Below, piece after piece: positions 1-10,464 of a stretch of DNA of 64,000 bases; positions within the stretch are counted from its first letter, which is position 1, and each line of letters opens with the position of its first letter. The notes under the pieces are model-generated. The model ran no database searches. It worked only from the letters and a program-made list of their open reading frames with translations, and was not told the origin of the DNA. The position numbers and the translations under genes are program-made. Source of the DNA: Sedimentisphaeraceae bacterium JB056 (GTDB taxonomy: Bacteria; Planctomycetota; Phycisphaerae; Sedimentisphaerales; Sedimentisphaeraceae). The stretch is from assembly GCA_044440125.1 (NCBI GenBank), contig JBITAJ010000021.1:247948-311947 (forward strand), given 5' to 3'.

Positions 1-867
1 GGGATATACATCACATAAAACATCAACTCCGCTTTCTCTTTCTGCCTTAATAGTGGACAACACATCATCAAGCAAATGCCATGAACTGCTGCCTTTCATT
101 TTCAAATGAGATATTTCAATCCGAACACCTGATTTTTTCGCAACCTCAATAGTCTCTTTAACCGAATTGAGTACACCAAGTTTCTGATCCCTCATATGAG
201 ATGCATAAATACCATCATGCTGTTTTACAACTTCGCACAGAGCGATCATTTCATCAATATCCGAGAATATTCCCGGAGCATATTCAAGACCGCTCGAAAG
301 ACCGTAAGCTCCTTGTTCAAGAGATTGTGATAGAGCCGCTTTCATCTTTCCCAACTCTTCTGATGTGGGAGCTCTGTCAGCTAATCCCATCACCATATTA
401 CGCAATGCGGCATGTCCAACAAGGGTTCCGAAATTTGTGAGATTCGCTTTTTTTTCAAAAGAACTCAACTGCTCATCCAAGGTTAAAGAGTTACTCGGTA
501 CAGATGTCTTGCCGCAATTACCTCCGATCTCAGTAGTAACCCCCTGGCAAATATAATTATGAGATAAAGCCCCACCTGATGAATGAGTATGGATATCAAT
601 AAACCCCGGACATACAGTCAGTCCCTTTGCTTCGATCACTTTCTTAGCTGAAGATACAGGTAGATTGTGAGCTATCTCTGAAATTCTGTCGTCTTTGATT
701 GCTATATCAGAAATAAAAGGATCAATTCCACTGCCATCAATAACAGTACCATTCTTGATAAGTATATCATATCTGTTATCTTCCGCGAAAACATTGTTCT
801 CACAAAATGAACTAAGTGCTATGGCTGAAACTGCACTTTTAGTGAAAAAATCTCTACGATTCATCAT
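1..867 (-). CDS. Tat-exported N-acyl-D-amino-acid deacylase family amidohydrolase (3' end outside window)
   Basis: Not in the ORF track because it runs off the edge. Manual translation gives MMNRRDFFTKSAVSAIAL (twin-arginine signal), YDILIKNGTVIDGSG and VCPGFIDIHTHS (HxH metal motif). An alternative in-frame start lies at 888. Confidence 0.85.
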   Translation of the reverse strand, partial: MMNRRDFFTKSAVSAIALSSFCENNVFAEDNRYDILIKNGTVIDGSGIDPFISDIAIKDDRISEIAHNLPVSSAKKVIEAKGLTVCPGFIDIHTHSSGGALSHNYICQGVTTEIGGNCGKTSVPSNSLTLDEQLSSFEKKANLTNFGTLVGHAALRNMVMGLADRAPTSEELGKMKAALSQSLEQGAYGLSSGLEYAPGIFSDIDEMIALCEVVKQHDGIYASHMRDQKLGVLNSVKETIEVAKKSGVRIEISHLKMKGSSSWHLLDDVLSTIKAERESGVDVLCDVYP

Positions 868-913
868 ATTAATACTACCCCATTTCATCTGTATCTGATT
901 TAAAAATCAGAGA

Positions 914-2134
914 TTATTTATGATCTGCATCAAGATTTATACTGCCACAGTTCAACTCCGGCAGGTATTCGATAACAGTGCCGTAACTTTTTGAGATTTC
1001 AGCTGATTGACGTACGATCTCTTTACCAAGATCTCTATCGGCATATATTGGACTTCCTCGTGGAGGAACAGGTTCTCCAAATCTCAAGTCTATAGGAACC
1101 AAGTGAATTTTACTTAATTGATCGCCGTTAAATGTTACTTCAGCTAAAAAACCTTCCCAAACTTCCTTTTGCGTCGGAAACCCTTTTGTATAATTCTGAT
1201 ATCTTACCTTAATAACATCCTCAGGCTCTACATTATCATCTAAACCATACATGTCATATTGTTCAACAGGAAGCTTTTCAAGCTGCTCATTCTGGAATAC
1301 AAAATCTCCAAGCCCATAAAATATCGGCTTGTTATTATAAATCTCTATCGGCTGAATCTTATGTGGTCCATGACAGAAGACAATATCTGCACCTGAATCT
1401 ATTGCTTTATGAGCAAAATCTTTGAGCCAACCGATATCAGAATGATGCCAGTGAATTGAAAGAATAACATAATCAGAAGATGCAGAAGTTTCCCGTACAA
1501 CTTCCAAATTCCCCTCAGAATCTTCTGACTTAACTGAATATTCACTCCCCTTCTTAACAACTCTGCAATAATTAGGGCCAGGCCGACCTTGTATATCATA
1601 TCTTGACCTTGAGGCTGTCCCATACGGCAAAAATGAACTCGTTACAGAAACCAAACTGACAATGCCTTTAGAATTTTTTAACACAGCAGGAGACCTTGCA
1701 GTTTGCAGGTCTTTACCAATTCCCGCTATAAGCATCCCAGCATTCTCTATGTTATGAATGGTCTCCAATGCTCCTATTGAGCCATAATCAAAGGAGTGAT
1801 TATTTGCCGCACTTACCAAATCAAAGCCTGCCCAAGCCAATTCATCCGCAATAACAGCTCTGGCAGCCAAGTGAATCCCGCCGCTCTGAGCCTGCGGGTA
1901 TCCCTTATAATCATTAACTACTACTTCAAGATTAACGATTGATGCATCCGACTTCCTGATTTTGTCAACAAGCTTCAGGAAACCAGGTTCTTTCTGATTC
2001 GACCATGGCTGAGTTATGATAGCGTCACCGGCAAGAAGAATCGTAAACTCTTCATTATTTATTTCAGCAATAACCGAATTTGAATAACAAATCAGGATAG
2101 ATAAAAAAACAATATTAAAGGCTATATTTTTCAT
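914..2134 (-). CDS. CapA / poly-gamma-glutamate capsule synthesis family metallophosphatase, secreted
   Basis: Signal peptide; motifs LAGD, VNLE, ANNHSFDYG, SIHWH, CHGPH, YGLGDF. Confidence 0.85.
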   Translation of the reverse strand: MKNIAFNIVFLSILICYSNSVIAEINNEEFTILLAGDAIITQPWSNQKEPGFLKLVDKIRKSDASIVNLEVVVNDYKGYPQAQSGGIHLAARAVIADELAWAGFDLVSAANNHSFDYGSIGALETIHNIENAGMLIAGIGKDLQTARSPAVLKNSKGIVSLVSVTSSFLPYGTASRSRYDIQGRPGPNYCRVVKKGSEYSVKSEDSEGNLEVVRETSASSDYVILSIHWHHSDIGWLKDFAHKAIDSGADIVFCHGPHKIQPIEIYNNKPIFYGLGDFVFQNEQLEKLPVEQYDMYGLDDNVEPEDVIKVRYQNYTKGFPTQKEVWEGFLAEVTFNGDQLSKIHLVPIDLRFGEPVPPRGSPIYADRDLGKEIVRQSAEISKSYGTVIEYLPELNCGSINLDADHK

Positions 2135-2165
2135 AAAAATTCATCGCAGGTATCACCCAATCCCC

Positions 2166-2987
2166 TTAATGGTTGTACACAAATGTCCATCCTGTACCAT
2201 GCTGGAAATCCTGCTGCCCCGTAGTTCTGACACCGGTTTCCGGATCCCGATTAGTCATCTGTTGATAATTTATATGGAGATCAACAAACAAAGTATTTGC
2301 CCATCCGTTTTCCTTTTTATTATGCCAATAAGCATACATAAACGGATCGTAATTGCCTGAATAGCATACAGCAGGCGAATCTCCAACTACGATCACACGA
2401 CTGGGATTAGGAATATCAGTAACCTTTTTCCCCCATAAACCCTGACTTGTGTTATTGTTGTTGCCACCGGCATTATAAGTATAACTTCTACCCATAGTGT
2501 ACCAGTAAGTAGGCGTTCTTTCTACAAAATAGCTATTCTCGCCGGGAGTGGCACCTTTATCTGATGGACATATAAATATTTTCAATGAATTATTCTGCAT
2601 CTGTTTAGTCGCTGTAGTCGGCAATCCAAGATAATCATTAAGTAATCTTTTTTTATTTGCAGTGCTTCCATATTCACCTATCTGTCCACCATATATATCA
2701 GCGGTGTAACTCGAATCATTAAATGATTTACTGGGACCACCATAACTTGCGGGAGCTACTGCAGTAGGAAATATACTTTGATTATCTTCCATATATAAAC
2801 ATATGGCAACTCCCTGCTGCTTGACATTACTCTTACATACAACAAGCTTTGCCTGTTCTCTTGCCTTGCGCAAAGCAGGCATCATTACAGCCATAAGTAT
2901 GGCTATAATTGAAATGACCACAAGAAGTTCAATTAGTGTAAATCCTTTTCTGCAAAAGTTCATGCTGGTATTCCTTATATTAGGCAT
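2166..2987 (-). CDS. Prepilin-type N-terminal cleavage/methylation protein (DUF1559-like)
   Basis: [26 protein letters not shown]...C.SN, FICPSD, C-terminal H-x(6)-N-x-x-F-x-D-x-H ([17 protein letters not shown]). Confidence 0.9.
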   Translation of the reverse strand: MPNIRNTSMNFCRKGFTLIELLVVISIIAILMAVMMPALRKAREQAKLVVCKSNVKQQGVAICLYMEDNQSIFPTAVAPASYGGPSKSFNDSSYTADIYGGQIGEYGSTANKKRLLNDYLGLPTTATKQMQNNSLKIFICPSDKGATPGENSYFVERTPTYWYTMGRSYTYNAGGNNNNTSQGLWGKKVTDIPNPSRVIVVGDSPAVCYSGNYDPFMYAYWHNKKENGWANTLFVDLHINYQQMTNRDPETGVRTTGQQDFQHGTGWTFVYNH

Positions 2988-3005
2988 CTCAATTTATATA
3001 AATAG

Positions 3006-3041
3006 AGGTGGTAATGATCTAAATAAACATCATTACCACCT
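3006..3041 (-). terminator. Intergenic 13-bp stem-loop between the dockerin-like gene and the prepilin gene
   Basis: AGGTGGTAATGAT ... ATCATTACCACCT perfect inverted repeat with no strong U tract; could be a partial terminator or RNA stabiliser. Confidence 0.55.
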
Positions 3042-3058
3042 AAACATTCTACATTAAT

Positions 3059-5287
3059 TTATGGTAAAATACAATCAGCATCGGTCGGTTCTGTGCAATT
3101 AAGCCAGCTTGAAGCTAAAAGATAAAAGTCTTCATAATCAACTTCACAATCGAAGTTAATGTCGGCAGTCTTGTAACCCCAATCGCCGCAGCTTCCATCA
3201 TCGTCAACAATTATAACATTTAACGACTCACCATATCGGCCATCATAAAGGCTGTCATCACTTGTAATAGCGTGAGTAATCGTTACAACCTGCTGTCCAT
3301 TATCCAAATCATCATCATCGGTAGATACAATTACTTCCTGAGCAACATCCCAATCAGAAGTAGTAAAGGTTAAAACAGTCTCAACACCGACACCATTGCC
3401 GAAGTCAAGAATATCATTGCTCAAAGTAACAGATACATCAGATGTAGGCTCGAAAGCAAGACTCAGCATATACGAATCCGTAGAGTAACCCTCGACTACT
3501 TTGGTGTCACCATCAGTTTCTGTTATAACTATCGTTGAACCGGCATACTCATTGTAAGCGGCTTCAATCTGAGTTGAACTAAGTGCACTTGTATAAATCT
3601 TAAGCTCATCAAGAGAACCGCTGGCTACTATTCTTTTAGCATAGGTATTAGTTAAATTACCTATACCCAATCCTGTTCCGTCATTGAGACTTACACCGGC
3701 CGCCGTTTCAGTAGCAACTAAGACGCCGTCGACATAAAGTGAAAATATATTACCCTCTCTTGTTGCTGCATAATGATGCCATTGATCGTCATTATAGCTA
3801 TCTGTTGACAACAAAGCAGGACAATTAGCACCTAAGAACCACCTTGCTTTGTATTCATTTAGCTTATCACAACTCATCAGGTACATATTACCTGCAGTAT
3901 TGCCTTCTGAATCACTATACTGTCCAAACATCATGCAGCGATTAGCCGGAGCAGTAGAAGCCTTAGCCCATCCAGTAAGTGTAAAATCACCAGTTGCGCT
4001 CAAGTTATTATTAGGATCTATAACAGGCAAATTAGTTGGCAACTCAACAAAAGTTGCGCTATCGTAAACAATTCCTGCAGTAGTAAAATCAATATCGCCA
4101 CCAGCATAGGCATGTCCCCATGTACCCGTATGACCATATACTGAATTCATCACAATATTATTACTGCTGACAGGCCAATCAAATTTATAATAGGCTATCA
4201 GGCCATCGCTCAATGTGATATCATCATCAATTATGGATACATCAACATTGCTCACAGAGATAACATTATAGTCGTTATCGTTGCTTGCAATCGTATGCGT
4301 AATAGTCTCTACCCTGCTGCCAATGAAAACATTATCATCAAGACTCGCTACCGTAACTGTTTGTGCTGAAGTCCAGTTAGCAGGAGTAAAGGTCAGGACA
4401 ACTGAATTACCTACACCGGCACCTAAATCAAGTGAGGCTGGCGGCATGCAAGTAATTACAACATCATCTGAAGGTTCACTTCCAATGCTAATACTGTAAC
4501 TATCGGTTAAACCACCCTCTACAACTTCTGTGCCACCGTCTGTTTGATCTACATTAACTTCAAGTTTTGACTCAAAGATTGCGAGTATTTCAGTGCCACT
4601 TAAAACTGAATCATAAACTTTCAGTTCATCATAATGTCCCTGCGCAGTAATACATTGCGTAGTCACATTTGATAAGTTACCGATTGCCAAATTAGAGTTC
4701 TGGTTCAAATCTAAAGATGCAATTGACATACTGTCAACTTCTTGACCGTCAACATACAATCTTGCCGTTGCACCATCATATGTAAATGCAAAAAGATGCC
4801 ATTGATTATCGTTATACGCTGCAGAAGAATTAAGCCTGCTGCCATTTATAAAAACACCTGCTTTGTAGCCATAGGCTGCTCGATTGTCAGCAGCAGTAAA
4901 ATAAAAATTATTACTTCCTGTCGAACCGACATTAGAATACTGCCCGAATAAGAAACCCCTGCTTGATGTTGTAACCGGACATTTAGCCCAACCCATAAGC
5001 GTAAAATCAGCACCATCTGCCAGGGAGACACCTGTATCAAATGACTGAATACCACCGAAAGAAACACCGGTAAGAATGACACCTTCGGCTGTTGAGTCAA
5101 ATGTACTCGAAGATGCAGTGCCATTGCCCCAGGCTCCAGACTCGCCGGCAACAGAGTTTACCAATGGGTCACCCGCTGCAGACCATGATTCTTCAAAACT
5201 GTAACTTCCTACCAATTGCCCGCTAACAACACTGACAGCAGCAGAGAATAAAATCAGTACACATAAATAATTTGCATATTTTTTCAT
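3059..5287 (-). CDS. Secreted protein with two LamG-like plus Ig/Calx-like units and a C-terminal dockerin-like domain
   Basis: Signal peptide; two DxQWH...LYVDG...DELKVY LamG blocks; LTFTxxxW Ig-like blocks; CGDWG..ADINFDCEVDYEDF..LASSWL tail. Confidence 0.8.
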   Translation of the reverse strand: MKKYANYLCVLILFSAAVSVVSGQLVGSYSFEESWSAAGDPLVNSVAGESGAWGNGTASSSTFDSTAEGVILTGVSFGGIQSFDTGVSLADGADFTLMGWAKCPVTTSSRGFLFGQYSNVGSTGSNNFYFTAADNRAAYGYKAGVFINGSRLNSSAAYNDNQWHLFAFTYDGATARLYVDGQEVDSMSIASLDLNQNSNLAIGNLSNVTTQCITAQGHYDELKVYDSVLSGTEILAIFESKLEVNVDQTDGGTEVVEGGLTDSYSISIGSEPSDDVVITCMPPASLDLGAGVGNSVVLTFTPANWTSAQTVTVASLDDNVFIGSRVETITHTIASNDNDYNVISVSNVDVSIIDDDITLSDGLIAYYKFDWPVSSNNIVMNSVYGHTGTWGHAYAGGDIDFTTAGIVYDSATFVELPTNLPVIDPNNNLSATGDFTLTGWAKASTAPANRCMMFGQYSDSEGNTAGNMYLMSCDKLNEYKARWFLGANCPALLSTDSYNDDQWHHYAATREGNIFSLYVDGVLVATETAAGVSLNDGTGLGIGNLTNTYAKRIVASGSLDELKIYTSALSSTQIEAAYNEYAGSTIVITETDGDTKVVEGYSTDSYMLSLAFEPTSDVSVTLSNDILDFGNGVGVETVLTFTTSDWDVAQEVIVSTDDDDLDNGQQVVTITHAITSDDSLYDGRYGESLNVIIVDDDGSCGDWGYKTADINFDCEVDYEDFYLLASSWLNCTEPTDADCILP

Positions 5288-5334
5288 TTTTAAAGCTCCA
5301 AATAAATTTTATATTTTTCTCGTCCGCTCATCAA

Positions 5335-6585
5335 TTAAAACTCATAGACACAAGAAACTCCTGAAGGCTCTGTGCAGCTAAGCCAATCGGAAACCATCAT
5401 GTTCAAATCTGCCAAACCAACATAGCAATCTCCGCTCACATCACCTGCAAGCATTCCCCAGTCACCACAACTGCCGTCATCATCAAATACTGTCACAATC
5501 GTGTCATTAAGATGTATTCCATCATAATCAGGATCACTGCTGGAAACGGTATTGACTATTATGTCTGATTTAACGCCATTATCTATCGCATCATCAACTG
5601 ATGTAACTGTTATTGTTTGGGGAACATTCCAGTCAGATGCAGTAAATGTTAATGTAATAGGCAAACCTGCTCCATTCCCAACGTCAACAGAATTCGGATC
5701 AGCAGTAAAATAAACGTCTTCTAAAGGCTCTTGTGTGAGACTTATAATTATACTATCAGTTATAACCGCTTCAGCAATTCTGGTTTCATCTTCAGTCTCT
5801 TCAATACCAACATAAGATGATTGATTATAAACAGTTGCTATTTCTGCCGCACTCAAAGCATTATCATAAACGCGAAGCTCATCATAGGTTCCTGTGGTAG
5901 GCATCTTTTGCGCATTGAGATTTGAAAGGTTACCTATCGCCAGGTTACTGTCTGAATTGAAGATAATGCCTGAGAAACTTTCACTTGCGACTTCAACACC
6001 ATCGACATACAGCTTTGCTGTACTGCCGTCATAAGTTGCCGCTACATGATGCCACTGGTCATCATTATACGCATCTGCCGACATCAAAGCCGGACAATTG
6101 CTGCCTAAATATAAGCGGGCTTTGAAACCGTTCACCTTATCACAAGGTGACAGGTACATGTTACCGCCGGTTGCACCTGTACTGCTGTACTGCCCGAACA
6201 TCATGCTTCGCCAGGTAGTAGTTGCAACAGGCGTCTTAGACCATCCCATGACAGTAAAATTATCTCCGTCAACAAACTGAGATCCAGTGTCTATCGCAAT
6301 GTGATTCGATAGAATAACACTGCTGATATCCGTAAAATGTAAACCTTTATTGACAAAACCATCGACCGAAATAGCGTAAGTAAGGTCTGTTCCTGCAGCA
6401 TTCCTGTCTTCTATGACAGCATTGCCCCAGGCTCCAGACTCACCGGCAATCTCGTTTATTACAACATCACTGGTTTTCTCAAAGCCATCTTCCAAATAAT
6501 ACTCTGCAACCAAACCTGCATTAGAAAAACCAACAGCTAAAGCAAGAAATAAAAGACAAACAAGATAATCCACTTTTTTAATCAT
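5335..6585 (-). CDS. Secreted LamG-like protein with C-terminal dockerin-like domain
   Basis: Signal peptide; DDQWHHVAATYDG..LYVDG, YDELRVY; CGDWG..GDVSGDCYVGLADL..MVSDWL tail. Confidence 0.8.
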   Translation of the reverse strand: MIKKVDYLVCLLFLALAVGFSNAGLVAEYYLEDGFEKTSDVVINEIAGESGAWGNAVIEDRNAAGTDLTYAISVDGFVNKGLHFTDISSVILSNHIAIDTGSQFVDGDNFTVMGWSKTPVATTTWRSMMFGQYSSTGATGGNMYLSPCDKVNGFKARLYLGSNCPALMSADAYNDDQWHHVAATYDGSTAKLYVDGVEVASESFSGIIFNSDSNLAIGNLSNLNAQKMPTTGTYDELRVYDNALSAAEIATVYNQSSYVGIEETEDETRIAEAVITDSIIISLTQEPLEDVYFTADPNSVDVGNGAGLPITLTFTASDWNVPQTITVTSVDDAIDNGVKSDIIVNTVSSSDPDYDGIHLNDTIVTVFDDDGSCGDWGMLAGDVSGDCYVGLADLNMMVSDWLSCTEPSGVSCVYEF

Positions 6586-6854
6586 TTTTCATTCTCCTAT
6601 AAAATTTTTTAATCTGAATATTCATTAACTAAAAAATACATCGAATACTCATAACTATCCATTTCTGTTTTTCACAATCAAGCTCCTTTGACAAATTACA
6701 TTACCTGTTATGAACCGCATAAAGTCAGACAGAAGTTGTCGTGTATTATAAATATATGCATCAATATATTGTACTTACATACAGCATCACATCCAATCAA
6801 TGCCTGAAACTGAACATACACCCACACTCTGGTACTATATTAAGTAACAATGTT

Positions 6855-6882
6855 ATTTTATGTAATAACAAAACATTGTCAA
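6855..6882 (-). promoter_or_regulatory. Putative sigma70 promoter for the 6585-to-1 transcription unit
   Basis: Minus strand TTGACA-16 bp-TAAAAT, overlapped by the inverted repeat TGTTATT...AATAACA. Confidence 0.45.
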
Positions 6883-6900
6883 CACATATTTCCCAATTAC

Positions 6901-8379
6901 CTAAGATTCAAAGGCAAAATCTTCGCTTCTAACTTTCTCTATAAATTCTTTTGTAACAGGGTATTTACTTATAAGAATCAGTGCAGCAAGTGAAGCTATA
7001 GGTCCGACCACAAATGTCAAAGCACATACCCGCCACATAGACTCATCACTCTGCACCGCCTCTGCGCCGGCCTCAAAGCCCGTCCACGACAAACAGTAAC
7101 CAGCCACAAGAAACGCCACTGCCATGGATATTTTCATCGCTAACGAAAACATTGCCGCATAGCTGCCGTCTTTGTTGACACCGGTCTTTATTCGGTTTAT
7201 TTCAGATACATCAGCCATCATTGACACAGCCGTCGGCATCATAATACCATTTCCAAACCAGTAAGCTCCATGGAAAAAAGCAAAAAGTATAAAAGCTATC
7301 GGCACGCCGAAACTAACCTGACCGGGCTTTATAAAACCTGTAAGGAATAAGACCGCCAATACAAGCTCACAAAAAACAGACCAAAATACAGCCACGCATA
7401 TAGCTCCCTTTTTGTCAAACCGGCGAACAAAAAACGCCAGAGACAGAGAGCCAAGCCCCATACCAACCATCGTACCGCCATGAGCAATTGTTTTCTGAAG
7501 ACCATTAAGCCCCATAAAATCGTCAAATACATACATCTGAAGATTACTGACAAGTACGATTCCAAGCAGCACGAAAAACATGAATACAAAGACCCATCTC
7601 GGGTATTTATCGAGAAGAATATCTTTGATATCCTTAAAAAACTCTTTTATCCCGCGAGGGCAGGTATCGGTATGTCGCGAATCTTTAATATACTTAGACG
7701 TGAAGAAAAGCATCAAAAACAAAAATGCAAATGAGGCGATCGTAAAAGTAGTACCCATCGTTACATAATTTCCAGCCTCTTGTGTAGCCTTGTTATTCTC
7801 GGGGTTGCCGCCGAAAAAGATGAACCATGCCATTGCCGGACCGCAGAGATTAGCCGCCATATTCAAACCGTTACGAATACCCTGTATCTTGGAGCGCCCG
7901 TCGTAATCATCACATATCTCAAAACCAAGTGCTGTGTATGGGACAACGAAAACTGTATACGCTGTTCGAAGTATAAGATTCATCACGACAAGATAAAAGA
8001 AGAGCATTTTTGTACTCGATATAGTCAGCGAACCTAATACCAATTCTTTCTTAAAAGTATCCGGTACATACCAGATAAAAAAGAAAGTTATAAGCATTGC
8101 AATACCACCGATAAGCATATAAGGATAACGGCAACCGTAACGGCTTTTGGTACTGTCGCTTATATAACCCATAACCGGATCAGATACCGCATCCCAGAGA
8201 GTTGCAACAGCAGTAGCTATAGCCGCAAGCTCAGGCGACAATCCCAATGCCTTCGTATAATAGAACATGGCAAAACCGAAGAAGGTATTGAGCACCAGCG
8301 ACTCTACGCAGCCACCAAAGCTATATTTCACCATCTCAGATGTCGGACATTTCTTTTGTTCATCAACCGTATTCATCAA
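6901..8379 (-). CDS. MFS glycoside-pentoside-hexuronide (GPH) family sugar transporter
   Basis: About 12 hydrophobic segments; WDAVSDPVMGYISD...SRYG; SMMADV. Confidence 0.88.
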   Translation of the reverse strand: MMNTVDEQKKCPTSEMVKYSFGGCVESLVLNTFFGFAMFYYTKALGLSPELAAIATAVATLWDAVSDPVMGYISDSTKSRYGCRYPYMLIGGIAMLITFFFIWYVPDTFKKELVLGSLTISSTKMLFFYLVVMNLILRTAYTVFVVPYTALGFEICDDYDGRSKIQGIRNGLNMAANLCGPAMAWFIFFGGNPENNKATQEAGNYVTMGTTFTIASFAFLFLMLFFTSKYIKDSRHTDTCPRGIKEFFKDIKDILLDKYPRWVFVFMFFVLLGIVLVSNLQMYVFDDFMGLNGLQKTIAHGGTMVGMGLGSLSLAFFVRRFDKKGAICVAVFWSVFCELVLAVLFLTGFIKPGQVSFGVPIAFILFAFFHGAYWFGNGIMMPTAVSMMADVSEINRIKTGVNKDGSYAAMFSLAMKISMAVAFLVAGYCLSWTGFEAGAEAVQSDESMWRVCALTFVVGPIASLAALILISKYPVTKEFIEKVRSEDFAFES

Positions 8380-8397
8380 AGTTCCTCAATACATCGT

Positions 8398-10434
8398 TTA
8401 ATCAATCACCAGCATTGGAGAAACCCAATAGGACCAGTCATTGGCTGAATTCTCATTCTTATCTACAATAAACCGTATACTAACCCTTTTGCCAGCATAC
8501 TCCGTCATATCTACGCAATAACTTGCGGGGGCAACAGTTTCATGTTTTTTAGACCACAATTCAGTATTATTTACCATCACAGAATAGTTTACCCCATCTC
8601 CATTGCCGGACGCAACAATCGTTTCAAAAAGAAGCGATATCTTCTGCCCCTTCTTAACTTTCGGGATATCAACTGTATACTTAAGCATTCCTTTGCCTTT
8701 GTCTGGCGGATGCTGGAAGATTGCTGGTACAAGCCAGCCGGCTGCTCGATAAACATTGCGACTGCAGCATTCAAGATTATTCGAATTAACAGACTTATCA
8801 AACTTTTTTACAAAGTCATAAATTATCGAATCATCAGAGACCTTGAAAATAGATTTAACTTCAGGGTCAGTATTTGCAGGAGTCTGGCCCCATTCTTCAA
8901 TTCCAAGAATCGGTTTTGCAAAAGCAAAAGCACGCTGCCATTTATCGGTGTCGGCATACTTAAACACTTTCCAGATATACTTCTTTTTCCATGGATTAGA
9001 ATCATCGCCGCCTGGCTTATTGCTCCATAAACCAAGTCTGAGACCTCCCTCATCTCTGTGATCAACATGCCTGTGAAGTATAAAAGCACTTATCTCAGGT
9101 ATCTGAGTGATTTTGTAATACGCATAGGCATAGGCTGCAGCCTGTATTTTTTCTCCTTCAAGGCCCTCAGGAGAATGAAAGCCCTGTTCGGTAAGTGCAA
9201 TATCACGGATATGACCTTTGTAAAGCATCTTGTCCTGTTTCATAAATCGCGGCAGAACGTCAAGATTCTTAAAAGTGATTCGCGGCGTCGAAAAATCATC
9301 CGTCGGGCTCTTATCAAACCAGAAACGTGCCTCAAACAAGTTCTCTGGATACGGATGAAAAGCCACATTCCAAGGATAATCGCCGCCTGCCTTACTCAGC
9401 TTAGCGATCTTATCCAGAAGCACATCGCCCGGTATCTCACGCAGCACATTATTATTAAAACCTCTTTTAGTCCAGTGATGGTCCATTGAAACGTACACCC
9501 TAAGATCAGTATTGAACTTACTGCATGCAAGCCACGCAAGTCTCAAAGACTGTTCATATTCTCTGATGAAATCATTTTCCGGCATATCGCCCATATTGTG
9601 CCATATCCAATGCTGCTGTACTTCATTGCCTACGACAACAGAAGATATGAGTCCATATTTCTTGTCAGCCCTGGTATATCGGTCGGCAAGAAACTCAAGA
9701 ATGCCAAGGTAATACCTCAAGCCTGTTGATTCTGTAATATTAAATGCTCCAAGATGTGTAGGGCTGTTAACCAAATCTGAATTGGGGTGAATAAGTGGAG
9801 TTCGTTTGGCCGGGTCTTTCGGCATTTGGTTAATAAACACAACAAATACCGCTATTCCGTTATCGGTAAACTTCCTCATCCGGGAATCAAGTCCCCTTAC
9901 CCTCGCCATATTAAGCGGTATTTTCAATCCTTCAAACTCATAATGAGCCTCCGGCTTAGATGAGGCAAAATCAACAAACTCATTTATATACATGTTCTCA
10001 TGTACATACTTAACCCCAAGCTCAACAGCATCGTCAATATCAACGATACAGCTAAGCCCTTTTATACTCTCTGGTCTTGGAAGCTTGAAATCACCATTGA
10101 TGGGATCTGTTACGGATGTAACATATCTATAATCACCAATCATAGACTTCGTCTTAGAATCAATTAAAGCAAACTTTGAGTAAAGCCTGTCCCTGCCACC
10201 ATAAAATCGATCTATACTAATCTTTCCAGATAAATCACCATCGACTAAAACATTAGACTCACTATTCAGTTTGTACTGCTGATATGACTCAAGTTCAACT
10301 AAAGACACTTTTCTATCCGACTGATAAGTGATAATTATATGCTTGTCAGTACAAACTACATCCTCTATGCCTGAGGCAAAACTCACCGAAACTGCCAGCA
10401 AAATCACCAGAATAACAACTGTTTTATATAGCAC
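8398..10434 (-). CDS. Secreted putative glycoside hydrolase (DUF5722-like, clan GH-A type TIM barrel)
   Basis: Signal peptide; VVGNEV, AFHPYP, ALTEQGF motifs resembling GH-A acid/base and nucleophile positions. Confidence 0.7.
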   Translation of the reverse strand: MLYKTVVILVILLAVSVSFASGIEDVVCTDKHIIITYQSDRKVSLVELESYQQYKLNSESNVLVDGDLSGKISIDRFYGGRDRLYSKFALIDSKTKSMIGDYRYVTSVTDPINGDFKLPRPESIKGLSCIVDIDDAVELGVKYVHENMYINEFVDFASSKPEAHYEFEGLKIPLNMARVRGLDSRMRKFTDNGIAVFVVFINQMPKDPAKRTPLIHPNSDLVNSPTHLGAFNITESTGLRYYLGILEFLADRYTRADKKYGLISSVVVGNEVQQHWIWHNMGDMPENDFIREYEQSLRLAWLACSKFNTDLRVYVSMDHHWTKRGFNNNVLREIPGDVLLDKIAKLSKAGGDYPWNVAFHPYPENLFEARFWFDKSPTDDFSTPRITFKNLDVLPRFMKQDKMLYKGHIRDIALTEQGFHSPEGLEGEKIQAAAYAYAYYKITQIPEISAFILHRHVDHRDEGGLRLGLWSNKPGGDDSNPWKKKYIWKVFKYADTDKWQRAFAFAKPILGIEEWGQTPANTDPEVKSIFKVSDDSIIYDFVKKFDKSVNSNNLECCSRNVYRAAGWLVPAIFQHPPDKGKGMLKYTVDIPKVKKGQKISLLFETIVASGNGDGVNYSVMVNNTELWSKKHETVAPASYCVDMTEYAGKRVSIRFIVDKNENSANDWSYWVSPMLVID

Positions 10435-10464
10435 AATTAATCCCTTGTCTATGATTAAAATATT

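Noticed and set aside
201..898. Short plus-strand ORFs at 201, 365 and 695, and similar short antisense ORFs throughout the track
   Set aside because: They are shadows of longer, motif-bearing genes on the opposite strand or in another frame.
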